Below are positions 36,819 to 50,946 of a stretch of DNA of 64,000 nt, one piece after another. The notes under the pieces are model-generated. The model did not search any database, was not told where the DNA came from, and saw nothing but the letters and a program-made list of their open reading frames with translations. The stretch covers positions 52,638,001 through 52,702,000 of the forward strand of contig NC_042999.1 in the NCBI RefSeq assembly GCF_006345805.1, written 5' to 3'. How positions within the stretch are numbered: the first letter of the stretch is position 1; each line of letters starts with the position of its first letter. Both the position numbers and the translations under genes were made by a program. The DNA comes from Octopus sinensis. Taxonomy: Eukaryota.

Positions 36819-38567
36819 AATTTCTGCATTTTCCTTATTGTTATATTCTGACGTTATTCTGTTATAATTCTCTTTAACCCTATTAAATCTAATAGGAACA
36901 GTATATTGTTTCTCAGGCAGCTCTGGTTTAGACCCTAGATATATTTATTAACAATCATTAAACTACCATTAACAAATACATCGAACATATAATGCATAAT
37001 ATATTAAGCAAGGTTATGGGTTGAATCCTGAAGCCGAATTCAACTGATGCAATTAAACTTGTTCTGCTGTGACTGACTAAAATGTTGATTGCGTGCTCTA
37101 TTTTATGCAAGTCAATGTGTTGTAGCACTAAAAACATTATTTAACGTATATCTATTCCGTGTTTTTTATTACAAGTGCTAAGAACTGCGCTGCACCACTT
37201 TATATGTAAATGGATTAAGGTTTGTCAATTATTAAAAAACCCTTTACTCTTTGTCGGTGGAAAACAATATATTTCGAGATACAACGATAATAAAACAATT
37301 TGTAAGAAAAAGAAAATCCCTATTACATCTAAAGAAAATTAAAAATATATATACACATATATATATTCAAATTTACTATTAAAAAAAAAATAGACAATAA
37401 AAAAAACAAAAGAAAAGAAAGAAGCGCAAAATATACCCAACAGAAACTTGAAAAGTTTGACTCGTCAAAACATTTCAGTCTAGAGATAGGTAATTCTCTG
37501 GCGATCATCAACAAAACTGACATTTCATATGTACATTCTCTTAAATTTCCTTACTTTAACTACAGATAAAATTTATTGCCAAGCATAAAACAAACCAAAC
37601 ATTACTGCCATTGCAGCTTTTAACTCTATAATTCTGTTCATTTTATTGAAGTTTTACACACTGACAGCTTCAAAGTAGTTTTATTACTATTGTAAATTTG
37701 GTTTTATTGTTTATTGATGTCTTTTTCTTTTTCAATTTATTGGTAACTAATATATTTTTTTTCATTCCAGTTCTACAAATGTTTCGTCGTTTATTGTTTT
37801 CCAAATGCTTAATGGATTTTTTTGATATTCTTTGATGCGCTAGACGCGATGGAGCAACAGCCTGTTTTTGGCCAAAATTATTCTGCAGCTCCGGTTTGAT
37901 TCCAGCATGCATTGTTTAAGTGTGTGTATTGAATATGCTTTAGAATACATCAGATTTAGAAAATCCTAACACTCCATTCCAAAGAAAAATTTCATTTATC
38001 TACCAGAAATATCCTTCTATAAATTTTCATGACTTCTATATTGTTACATGTCGATCAGTTAAAAACGTAAAATGGAATCTTCTTTAAATATTTTCTATAT
38101 AAATGGTCGACATGCCTAAATACATAATAAGAATTAATGAGGAAACTTCCATTTGGTCATTCGATCAGCTCCAAATAGGGGACACGTTTTTTTATTCAAA
38201 TCATAAATCACCATCTTTAAAAATGAATATTATATTGAATGGTTTTGCGCGAAATAAAGTACCTAAAAGAGTCAGAAGGGACATGGCAGGACGGATACTT
38301 ATTGACTGGAACAATCACGAACTGAGTTTTAGCTGCAGGACGGATATGAAGGATTTCAGAATTTAGATTAAACGAATCTAAATATACATTCTGAAGGGCT
38401 TTAATACCTGTCTTAATAATCAGTAATAAAAGGTTGAGGAGGGGATATACAAAGACGAAATCACCTGAAAGTCTAAGATTACTCGTTATTAAAACTTAAC
38501 AGGTTCTCATTCCGTGACATCAAAGCACAGTCAGTAGACATAACATCGAACCACCCTAGAGACACGG

Positions 38568-38626
<59 letters not shown>

Positions 38627-38699
38627 ATATGCATAATAGGTGAGTGTGCTTGTATATAGATGAATGAATTGATAAGCAGATAGGTATATATGTGAAATA

Positions 38700-39680
38700 T
38701 AGTCTAAAGCGTAACAATGTGGTTAGAAGCTTGCTTTCCAGCCACATGGTTCCGGGTTCAGTCTCAATGCGTGGAACCTCAGGCAAATGTCTTCTACTAT
38801 AGCCACGGATCGACCAAAACCTCGTGAGTGGATTTGCTGAAAGAAGCCCGTCGTGTGAGTGGATGAGTGGATGACATCGACCCCAGTGATTCACTGGTAC
38901 TTAATTTATCAACACCGAAAGGATTAAAGGCAAAGTCGACCTCGGCGGAATTTGAACTCAGAACGTGGCGACGGGTGAAATAACGCTAAGCATATCGTCC
39001 AGTGCGCTAACAATTCGGCCAGCACACCGCCTTTAACAACAAGAACAACAACAGCAGCAACAACCCTGAAATTTTGGTGGAGGGTATAAGTCGATTACAT
39101 TGACCCCAGTATTCAACTGGTACTATTTTACCGACCTCGAAAATATGAGAGGCAAAGTCGACCCCGGCGGCATTTGATCTCAGAAGGTGAAGACAGCCGA
39201 AATACCGGTCAGCATTTCGTCCGGTATGCTATCAATTCTGCCGGCACACCGCCTTCAACAACAACAACAACAATAATAATCCTTTCTACCATAGGAACAA
39301 GACCTGAAGTTTTGTGGGAGGGGACAAGATAATTACATCGACTCCAGTGTTTCTTAATTTATCGACCCATAAAGGACGAAAAGCAAATTCGATCTCAGTA
39401 GAATTTTATCCGAAGATGTGAAGAGGGACGAAATGGTAGCTAAGAATTCTACCAACTTGTTGCCTTATAGTTATAGATGATATATCAGAAAATGGATAAA
39501 GCGCCTAGTTAGCAGAATTATTAGCACGCCGGAAAAAAATACTCGGCAGCATTTCTTCTGGCTCTACGTTCTTAATGCCTCTCGGGTAGATTTTGTCTTC
39601 CATCCTCACTTGGGGCGATGAAAACAAGTACCAGCTGTGTATTGGGGTAAATGATCTTATTCTCTTCTCCAAAGTTGCTG
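38700..39680. mobile_element. Cluster of SINE fragments (one CORE-type +, three GAGCTGGCAGAA-family -, one degenerate +)
   Basis: Recognisable heads and bodies of both families, separated by (AAC)n/(AAT)n tails. Confidence 0.7.
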
Positions 39681-40674
39681 GCCCTTTTTCGATCGTCTGT
39701 CTTCAATGGGACGAAGTGGAAATATTTTATGAATATTTGTGAATAATTGTTGAAGTGAATCTAACGATTTTTTGTGTGTTTTTAAATGGCTTATAAACAC
39801 CTTCCACGCTGCAATTGTTTTTATTTCAGCACACGATCTCAGATCAGGTCACTTGCTATGCAAGTAGATCTCCGTAATATTTTAAATGAGTTCTAAATGA
39901 AATAATTCCATTTGTATTGTTGTAAGAGATTTTAAAATTACTTCTGAAATAAGCCATTATTTGGCTTTTATTAAGTGCCACGTTCCACCTATAAAGAGTT
40001 GTGCAACGTAACATTGTATGTTTGCGTGACAAATAACAACATACAAAAAGCTGTAACACATACTGTTAGAGTTGTTGAGGGCTGCGTGTTAATTTCCATG
40101 TAGTTTCGTGTACGTTAATCTACCGAGTAACTATAGAATCGTTTCACAAATATTTAGCAAATATCTGAATTTAGAAACACGAAATTATAAGCGGACAAAT
40201 TGAATTATAGTATATTTAATTATTACTATATGTGATTTCAAATTGCTTTGACTATTTCCCCACAAAGAAGAGAAAAAGATACATCTCGTAATTTAGACTT
40301 TTGCTATTAAATTTCAGTTGAAATATACTGCCGAATATATTTTTAAAATGATTAATAATTTAAACTGGCCTTTACAACAAAAGGGAACATAAAATGTTGA
40401 TAAAATGTTTAGGTTTTAATCACTTTAAGACAGCAGATTTGTATTCCTGTACAGGATCAATCCCTGCTTTAACAAAAGTGTTAATCGTTTGTCTCCCTCA
40501 TTAAATAAATATTTTCCAGCAGCTAGCTGATAAATCTAAGAAAACCGGATTAGAGATATTGATGAGATTTGGAACAGAGACTGATTCCGAAGAATTGCTA
40601 CAGATTTAAAGCAAGATTTAAATAACTTTCTGTTTTCACTGAGTTCAAATTATCGTTTATTTTTTTGTTTTTTT

Positions 40675-41100
40675 TTTACTTGTTTTAGTGATTAGACTGC
40701 GGCCATGCTGGGGCACCACCTTCAAGAAATTTAGTCGAATGAATCGATCCCAGTCTTTATTTTCGAATGACTGGTACTTATTCTATCGGCCTCTTTTGTC
40801 GAACCACCAGGTTACAGGGACATAAACAGGCCAGCACCGGTTATCAAGCGGTGGTGTTGGTGGACAAACATAGACACAAACACGCGCGCGTCGGCACACA
40901 CGCACACACACACACACGCACACACACACACACACGCACACATGACAGGCTTTTTCTTCCCACTATCCTTCTACCAAATCCACTCACAAAGCTTTGGTCG
41001 GTCTGAGGCTGTAGTAGAAAAGACTAGTCCAAGGCGTCACGCAGTGTGACTGAACCCGGAACCATCTGGTTGGATAAGCAAACTTCTTACCACACGACCA
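40675..41100 (-). mobile_element. CORE-type SINE, near full length
   Basis: Reverse complement of 1771-2170, from the ACTGCGGCCATGCTGGGGCACC end to the GAACCCGGAACC head. Confidence 0.75.
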
Positions 41101-41948
41101 ATAGAAAACGTGTGGCGGAGGAGGAGTTGTAGAACTGGGTGCTGGTTATTTGTTACGATTGCCGAGTCAGTGGTACAGGTTCTAGTTAGGAATAGTACTT
41201 TGTACTCCACCTAGTCCTCGTACTTCATAAATCGAAAATGGACAAGGGTTAGGGGCAATCGTTGTAGCTAAGAAACTGATTTTTTTCAAAATCATTTAAA
41301 TTAGAAACAACAAAATTTTCACGGAAGTCATTCAACCTTTAAACTTATTCGACATACACCACTGCGTTCGGTAGTGTTTAATAAGCCTTTCTGTTTTATT
41401 CATCTATTATATCGTTTCATTATTTTATTTTGCTACGGTTGGAGTGTCTCTGCATGTTCATTTTCTATAAAGCACACTAACCAGCCCATCAGATTGCCTT
41501 TCTTTTGACTTGAATGCATAAACGCCGATCTCGCATGCTTAACATGTCTCAAAGCTGAGGCAGCAGTTTTGTTTGTTTTACAGTTAAAGGGAAATAACTC
41601 TTAATCTTCAGAACTTTTCTGTTTCTTTCCCGTCAAGTTTTCGTGCGAAGGAGGCCGTTGATGTCAAATTCATTAATTAGACAGGCGGACAAAATGATGC
41701 CTTGCGGTGTTTAATTACATCCTTCTCCGATGACACCCACTTTACCTTTCCTTCTTCTCTTTTTTTATAACATAATATCTGTTCACTTATTGTAGTTGAT
41801 TGTAGTCTATCCTGTTTTACACATCTTTCCTTTCAGAATTCGTAGCATATACTTTCATTGTAAACATACGATTGTTGCCTGATCAATTTGTATTCACCGT
41901 AATTTTAATTATCATTTAATATTATCATTATTAATTTTCACATTATTC

Positions 41949-41982
<34 letters not shown>

Positions 41983-42119
41983 GTGATAATGAAATATAAC
42001 TTCACATAACTTCTTAACAAATGCATTTTTCTAATTACTTAAATCCACATTTTGAGCACCGACTTTCATATTTAGTCTGCACACGTTATTGAATCCCAAA
42101 TGATAATTTATGCATAAAC

Positions 42120-42153
<34 letters not shown>

Positions 42154-42298
42154 CCTGTTTATATACCACTACCCTCATTTAACCTTTCTATTCCTTCCTT
42201 TTTTCCCCCCACTACTTTTTCTCCCACTTAACCATTCCTTGTCGTAATCCTTCACTTTTCCATGTCTTAATAACTAACACCTTCTTTTTTAATTCCAG

Positions 42299-42413
42299 CC
42301 GCAGTCAGTGCTGTTGCGCCGTCACCAGCGTCCATCTGATGTTGACTTCGATCTTCCATCTCATTCTGATAATTCACAAATCCCTCCATTACTCACCAAA
42401 ATCAATGAGGATG
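42299..42413 (+). CDS. Candidate orphan exon, product unknown
   Basis: Branch-point-like AACTAAC, pyrimidine tract and CCAG acceptor; donor GATG|GTAAC. Open in two frames (PQSVLLRRHQRPSDVDFDLPSHSDNSQIPPLLTKINED or RSQCCCAVTSVHLMLTSIFHLILIIHK...). No partner exon identified. Confidence 0.3.
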
Positions 42414-42956
42414 GTAACACATGTAAACGTGCGTGCTGTAGGTATCTTGCGCTGAGCGATTTGTTGCGTTCAATGTGCTACGAAGAGAAGAACTACGTCG
42501 TTTTGGTTAGGAGGTCAAACATCAAACGTCGCCTTGTTTCATGTTCATATCGTTGGGTAGGAATTAGGGATGTGTCTGTCATGAAACATTTCTGAAGCTA
42601 ATCAGGAAAGATAAGTGTAGATTGAAAACAAGGAGTAATTAGGGCCAGTTATGAATGATATCATTGATTACGTTCAGATTCAGTGTGTATTTATCCCACG
42701 CACACACAAACATTCGCACGCAAGCTCACAGAGGTGTCCTCTGTTGGGTTAATCGACCTGTTATAGCCGTGAAATCGCTCTCATGCCATACTTTGCTGTC
42801 AAAAAAACAAAAAACAAAGGGAAAACAGCCGACATGTTTATTCAATCATACGTTTGTTGATTATCACTGAAAATAGCAACAGAATGACTACGGAACGACT
42901 ATTTGATCAAACCATCCACGGTGCTAAACAACAACAACAACAACAACAACAACAGC

Positions 42957-42987
<31 letters not shown>

Positions 42988-44659
42988 GCAATAACAACAA
43001 CAACAGCAGCAGTAACAGTAACAGTATCACCACCACCAACAACACCGGCAACAACACATTCGTAAACTCATGCATATATACACATGTATGCATACACATG
43101 CATACATACTCGGACATACACGCACGCATGCACACACAGACACATGCACACAGACACACATAGACACACACACACACACACATACACACATTCACGAGTG
43201 CATATATATATACATACATGCAGAATTCTTTAAACATACGAATAGAGGAGAATGTTTCTACCCATTTGAACGACCGGCTAGAAATAGCAACCAAATCACT
43301 TTCAAATCACCACATAACATCTGAAAAAATAAGGAAGAGAAAAAGAATAGTCACATTTGATAAAATTTATCCTCTAAATTCACTAAAAGAGATGGTCACG
43401 ATTGGAATGTCTCTCATCATGTCTCCTAGATCAAGATTAACATAAGGCGAAGCAAGAGCTACTTACGCATGCACACACATGCATTCGCATGCACACTCGC
43501 ACGCATGCCCACACGCGCCTACTCACTCACACACACGCACACAGTTTCTCTCTCTCTCACTCGTAGACGAACACACAGAGACATACATAGTCTCTTTCTC
43601 TCTCCGTCTCTCTCTCTCTCTCACACACACACACAAACACTTGTACACACATATACAGACGCGCGCCCACACACACACACGACTTTTTGGATTTCATTTT
43701 AATCCCACATCATTTGAACATAGGCTGGATTAAACGAATCGGTAGATCGTCCATATTTATACCTCAATCCAGTTACCAGCGAGGTCACATTTGCCGTTCA
43801 TTCTTCTGGGGTCGATCAAATAAAGTACCAACTATGTACTTGGGTCCATACATAGTAAACTCTACACGACAGTAGTAGGAGTAGCAGTAGTAGTAGTGTG
43901 TGGGCATGCGCTGTAACATCGCTGTAACAGCGTGTCGCTGCATCCATCATTTCTTGGTGACTCTCTTCTTCTCTTCGCGGATGATATCTCTGCAAAACTC
44001 AGGCGACAATCCTCCAACCCCTCAGACCGTGGGTCTGGTTTGAGTAGTTGTTGCTGGTGGGGAATTTTACGACGTCGGAGTGCAAATGCTACCTCAACCC
44101 CTTTTAATCGCTTTTACGATAGGCAGAGGAAACATTAGATCTATTCTTTGGTATGACGATTCCTACACATCATCGGAGGAACGTCAAATGAAATATTTTG
44201 CTACAGAACACAACACGCTGCCCAGTCAGGGACTCGAAACTGTGACCTAATGATCGTGAGCGCAACATTTTGTCCACTGGGCTATGCATCTCCATGGTAC
44301 AGTTTCCTTAAACTTGCTACCTCGTGCCAATGCTGCTCAATACACGGAGGTGCAAAAGTAGGTAAAAAGTTATGAAAAAAAAAATAAAGAAAAGAAAAGA
44401 TGTACAATACTCATTATTTTTATGAAAAAATTAAAAGTGTCCCGCTTTTTTAATATTTTCAGTGTCATTAATCACAATAATACATTTATCATAACTATAA
44501 TAATATTTTTATCGTAATTTAAAATTTTTGATAAAAATAAACGAGCGTTGTACGTGTTCTCTGTTTTTTTCAAAACTGCATTCCTACTTTTGCAGACGAG
44601 TGTATATTTGTTTGAAACTTTGGCACAAGGTTGGTAAATTTCGTTCAGGAGTAAATCCA

Positions 44660-45000
44660 TCATATTGACCCCTGTGCTCAACTGGTACTTATTATTTTGA
44701 CCCCCAGAAGAATAAGAAGTTGACCTCGGCACAATTTGAACTCAGAACTTAAAGACGGATGAAATGCCTATTTCTTTACTACCCTCAAGGGGCTAAACAC
44801 AGAGGGGACAAACAAGGACAGACAAACGGATTAAGTCGATTACATCGACCCTAGTGCGTAACTGGTACTTATTTTATCGACCCCGAAATTATGAAAGGCA
44901 AAGTCGACCTGGGCGGAATTTGAACTCAGAACGTAACGGCAGACGAAATACGGCTACGCATTTCGCCCGGCGTGCTAACGTTTCTGCCAGCTCGCCGCAT
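44660..45000 (-). mobile_element. Full-length GAGCTGGCAGAA-family SINE followed by a second partial unit
   Basis: Reverse complement of 21103-21335 plus a further B-box body. Confidence 0.85.
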
Positions 45001-45274
45001 TGCTGGAAATACATTCTGAAACACTAGCTGTTAAATAATTAACATAAATTAACATAAATTAGTGCAATGTATACATGTATAGAATAAATAGCATTTCACA
45101 TTCGCATCAAAGGCCAGACAATTATACAGTTATGATTTTGAAATTCTGAGGTATCACTTTGTCCTTAACCAGTACCTAGTTTCCATAACTTGCGTGTGTG
45201 TGTGTATGCGTTTGCGAGTGCGTGTTTGTGCGTCTGTGTGTGTAATGTATATACATACATATATACACACACAT

Positions 45275-45340
<66 letters not shown>

Positions 45341-45365
45341 ATATACATATACATATACATATACC

Positions 45366-45427
<62 letters not shown>

Positions 45428-45744
45428 TGCATATATATATATATTACATAATACATACATACATACATACATACATACATACATGCATAAGTCCTACAAC
45501 CATCTTGGGCTGCAATCCCAACCCTAGCTAAAACTCATACACCTCCATAACTCTTAGAGGGAAACTTAAAGAAGCCCGTCATATATATGTTTTATCTTTT
45601 CTTTTTATTTTTTACTTGCTTCAGTTGTTAGAATACAGCCATGCTGGGGCACTGCGCTAAAGAATTTCTTTAACCAAATATCTTGACCCCACTACTTTTT
45701 TTAAAGCCTGATATTTATAATATCCGTCGAAACATGGAGTACAA

Positions 45745-46170
45745 AATAAGGGATCTTTTCAGCCGTCTTTTTTGTGTTCCCTTTAAAATCCTTATCATAA
45801 CTTGTCCATGAAATATAGCAGCTACAGGAATGGATCCAATAACATCTTTCACCTTCTTTATTCGTTAATGATGTGAAGCTCTATGTACCAAGTACTAAGC
45901 ATATCAATAGAAAACAGGAATTCATAAAACAGTTCTTCACAGACACTGGAATAAGATCTGTTTAGTTCAAATACACATTTTTGGTTTCAACATGGAGGAA
46001 ATTTGTGACCTCAACCAAGACCCTGAACATGGATTACCTAAAAATTAAAGCCTTTACTGCATGGGGAACACAAGTATCATGGACAAGATGAGAAGTATAT
46101 CAGCTGTGAAGGATCCTTCAAGAAAGAGGGGAAAATACCGCAGGAAATTTTTAAAGATACGGCATCTTAT
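45745..46170 (+). mobile_element. Heavily decayed RT fragment of an R4/Dong-like LINE
   Basis: KGIF(Q), FV.PL..LS and LFVNDVKLY...FIKQFFTDTGI resemble GIFQGDSLSP/LFVDDLKLY/KQFSxDIGM. Many stops. Confidence 0.55.
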
Positions 46171-46274
46171 CTCTCACGTTATAACCACTATATCTCTCCG
46201 TTACATTCGAATGCGAGGGATCTCCTGGTTACATACATACATACATACAAACATACATACATACATACATACAT

Positions 46275-46334
<60 letters not shown>

Positions 46335-46394
46335 CATATATACACATATGAGTGTATATATACATATATACATACACACACACATATATGTGCG

Positions 46395-46431
<37 letters not shown>

Positions 46432-46490
46432 ATGTGTGTGTGTATGTGTATGTGAGTATGTATGTATATATATGTATGCATATTTATAAA

Positions 46491-47604
46491 CAACTTATAA
46501 ACAAGGGCTAAAGAAAATTATTTCTATGCCTGATAACAGACTTTTAAATCGTCAATTTGTGCATTTTATTTACTCGCTACAGAAAACACGTAGAGCTGAA
46601 ATCGAGGAAAGCCAGCCAACAGAATTTTTTAAAGAAAAGTTCGTTATTTCTATACTGAATCAATTTTGGAATTAATCGCATAATAATTTTTTCCACTTCA
46701 GTAGAAAATACGAAAATACTTAAATGAAATACTTACATGCGCACATGGAGAAAAAGCCGAAGCAAAAATCATGGGTACATATAAGTACCCGAGATATATC
46801 TAAAAATAAAATCCTTTGGTCAGCCTCAGCACACGTGTGAACTGTCCTCCAATACAGCTTATATTGGTTACCAGTCCCTATAGCGAATCGTAATCAGTCT
46901 ACTACTAATATAGGATGAAGCTTTTTTACAGAAAAAAAAATTCATCAAAAAATGTGGCATCATATTAAAATACCTTTAATGTTAAAATTATAAGCAACTT
47001 ATAAACAAGGGCTAAAGAAAATTATTTCTATGCCAATATGCTGATAACAGACTTTTAAATCGTCAATTTCCACATATTATTTACTCGCTACAGAAAACAC
47101 GTGAAGCTGAAATCGAGGAAAGCCAGCCAACAGAATTTTTTAAAGAAAAGTTCGTTATTTCTATACTGAATCAATTTCGGAATTAATCACATAATTGATT
47201 TTTTCCTCTTCAGTAGAAAATACGAAAATACATTAATGAAATACTTACATGCACCCATGGAAAAAAAGCCGAAGCAAGAATCATGGGTACATATAAGTAC
47301 CCCAGATATATCTAGAAGTGAAATCCTTTGGTCAGCCTCAGCAGACGTGTGAACTGTTTTCCACTACAGCTTATAGTGGTTACCAGTCCCTATAGCGAAT
47401 CGTAATCAGTCTACTACTAATATAGGATGAAGCTTCGGCTTTTTTTCCATGGGCTCATGTAAGTATTTCATTTATGTATTTTCGTATTTTCTACTGAAGA
47501 CGAAAAAATCTATTATGTGATTAATTCCGAAATTGATTCAATATAGAAATAACGAACTTTAAAAAAAAAAAATTATGTTGGCTGGCTTTCCTCGATTTCT
47601 AGCT
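46491..47604. repeat. ~430-bp tandem duplication followed by a ~170-bp inverted copy (fold-back)
   Basis: 46491-46921 matches 46995-47433. 47432-47604 is the reverse complement of 47105-47275. Confidence 0.9.
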
Positions 47605-47683
47605 AGTGCAATTTAGTGGGATTCATCCTGAATTGTTCGAGAAGAAAACGTTGGGAAGAAAACATCTTACAAGGCATGCATAT

Positions 47684-47728
<45 letters not shown>

Positions 47729-47766
47729 TATGCTAACAAACACACACATGCCTATATATACTATAC

Positions 47767-47811
<45 letters not shown>

Positions 47812-47944
47812 TATATATATATATATGTATATATATGGATTAAAGCAGTTTGATGAAAATTCCTTGGAAATTCCAAGTTCCAAACCGAGATGCTGATCCT
47901 CACCCACTGGAAACATATAAATACAAAAGTATTTATATGTCCGC

Positions 47945-48470
47945 AGGCATGGCTGTGTGGTAAGAAGCTTGCTTCCCAACCACGTTGTTCCAGGTTCAGT
48001 CTCATCACGTGGCAACTTGGGCAAGTGTCTTCTGCTTTAGCCTCAGACTGACTAAAGCCTCGTCGGTGGATCTGATGGACGGAAACTGAAAGAAGACCCT
48101 CAGATTTATATATATATATATATATATAGTCAATAATAAAAGGGTAAAATTAATTAATTATTAATTAATAATTTTACCAAGTAGTGTTCAGTATGTAAAA
48201 AGACCATTTACGGTATATTTAAAACATTACGTTATATAATTAGGGTTCAGTAAAATAATTTACTTTACCACACACCGACCTTTTAGAAATAGCTGCCCAA
48301 AAAGTATATATATATATGTATATATATATGTATATGTATGTATATATGTATGTATGTATGTATTTGTATGTCTGTGTTTGTCCCCCCATCGCTTGATAAA
48401 CATTACTTAGTGGTTCTCCAGCATGGCCGTAGTCTAATGACTGAAACAAATAAAAAATAAAAAATAAAAG
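47945..48470 (+). mobile_element. CORE-type SINE interrupted by an unrelated AT-rich insert
   Basis: Head and CORE at 47945-48105; 3' part TGTTTGTCCCCCC...CAGCATGGCC...AAATAAAA at ~48350-48470. Confidence 0.7.
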
Positions 48471-48724
48471 AATATATATGTGTGTGTGTGTACATAATTA
48501 AGGATAAAATCATTATAAAAATAACGATCCTATCAGGATCCTAATAAAACATCATATAAGTAAGAAATTATATAGATATTTAATTATATAGGTATAATTA
48601 TATAGGTATAATTAAAGGTGCTGAGTGTTTGATGTGCTATTGAGGGTCGTATGGCATCTATTTCTAGCGTGTTGGTGCTATTTCCCAGTACCTTTAATAA
48701 TAATTATATCTATATAATCACATA

Positions 48725-49110
<386 letters not shown>

Positions 49111-49399
49111 ATAGATATATAAACGTTTGTGAATTTGTGTTGCATGATTCCTAATCTAAAACCGTGTGCTGTAACAGATATTGTTATATTTCGGGATGGT
49201 AATTTGTCTTTTGCCAAATAAATACACACGCCATATATTTTTTCTTCACTCGTTTAATACTGGTATGACAAATAGAAAAAAATAACAGTGTCTTCATGTT
49301 TGGTGGTGAATTAACATACCTTTTTAGAAAAGCATTAGATAACATTAATCTACGGATTAAAATATTAGAAATGTCTAGAACTCTTATAAATTCCCTGCT

Positions 49400-49800
49400 C
49401 TGTAGACCTTATCACTTCGATAGGACTCTGTGTACAGTGATTCTGTGTATAGTATGCAGGATGAATCTATAGGTTAACTGTAAGATTAGGAATGTGGTGT
49501 ATATCTTACTGTGTACTGAGGTTTGATGCAGACAAAAGACGACAACTTACTACGGTGAGACAGCGCGCAGCATAGCGGAGCGAATAGGCGACATTGGTGA
49601 GGGCTCAAAGAGAAGAAATGCTTGTCAGTGCTCTACTAACATGCTCAAGCAGAACACAGAGGCTCGTTTAATATCAAAGAGGTTCAGGTATTATGAACGC
49701 ATAGAAATGACACGACACTTAGGCAGATTACAGATGCCATACATATAGTAATTGACAGAGCGAACCTCAACAGAAAACACGATGGAACAATAACACTTCA
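49400..49800 (+). mobile_element. Penelope-like element GIY-YIG endonuclease remnant
   Basis: CIVC...NCKIRNVVYILLC...C....YYGETARSIAERI, then (frameshift) HAQAEHRGSFNIK...RQITDAIHI...LNRK, matching the PLE NVVY-x-C-xx-C...YIGET.R...R and RQIxEAxxI...LNxK pattern. Confidence 0.7.
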
Positions 49801-50115
49801 TCACATAACACGACAACCAAAGACAGAAGGGAGGAAAAAAAGAATAGGTACAAACAGTGTAATGCTCACACAAAAGACAAACATACACATACCTAAGATA
49901 GATATAAGAAATTGAGATAAATACGAGATACAGAGACAGGTAGAAACAATGAACATGCCTCTTGTATTTGAATACTATGCAAATATTCTTTTAAAATCCT
50001 TTTCATTTAATTTATCTGTTTTCCATGCTTACAGGTGAAGAAGTCTTAATGATAGAAACCGGTACTGAAGGTTTTTTTATAAAATTATTTTAGCATCTTC
50101 TACTTTGATTTTTTT

Positions 50116-50185
<70 letters not shown>

Positions 50186-50859
50186 GGGCACGGATATAAA
50201 GAAGATAGTTAGCAAGCCCATATACACACACAAACACGCATATAGTAATTTTATAAACGGCAACAACAGCAACATTAACAACACGACCGACAACAATAAC
50301 ATCAACCACGATAAGAACATCATGAACGAACACATAAAAACAGAAAGATAAAAGAACGATATCAAAAGTAAGGGTCAAGCACAACAACAACAACAGCAGC
50401 AGTAACAAGGGAAAATGTAGAGGGGAGGGGCAAAGTACCACAAAGACTAACGGCGATAACGATAACAACAATATAAAGAGCACAAACCATATATACAGTG
50501 TAAACATACCTGCGAAACAGATACACACCCGTACGTACAGGCACGCACACAGAAACACACACACACATACACGCAGAGACGCAAACGCATGTGCATATAA
50601 AGATACACATCATAGAAGAACAGAATGGACTAAGCAGAGAAGGTGTACACACGAAGACGGAAAGTGTCGCTAAGGAGGTCACAGATGAGTGATGAAAGAT
50701 TACAGGAGTATGGTCATTAGTTAAATTAAAAACAGTAATAAACGTGTGAAGAACAAATGTATAGTGCATGTGTTTATTTTGAACAAAAAAAATTGACTAT
50801 CCCGGAATATAACAATCTGTATATATACAGACACACACATACACACACATATGCATATA

Positions 50860-50946
<87 letters not shown>

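Noticed and set aside
37741-37920. Strong-looking acceptor (AACTAAT, T-tract, CCAG at 37770)
   Set aside because: All three frames hit a stop within ~25 codons and no good donor follows. A non-coding exon cannot be excluded but is unsupported.
38103-38366. 87-aa ATG-initiated ORF with ordinary composition
   Set aside because: No motif or splice support. ORFs of this length are expected by chance in 64 kb.
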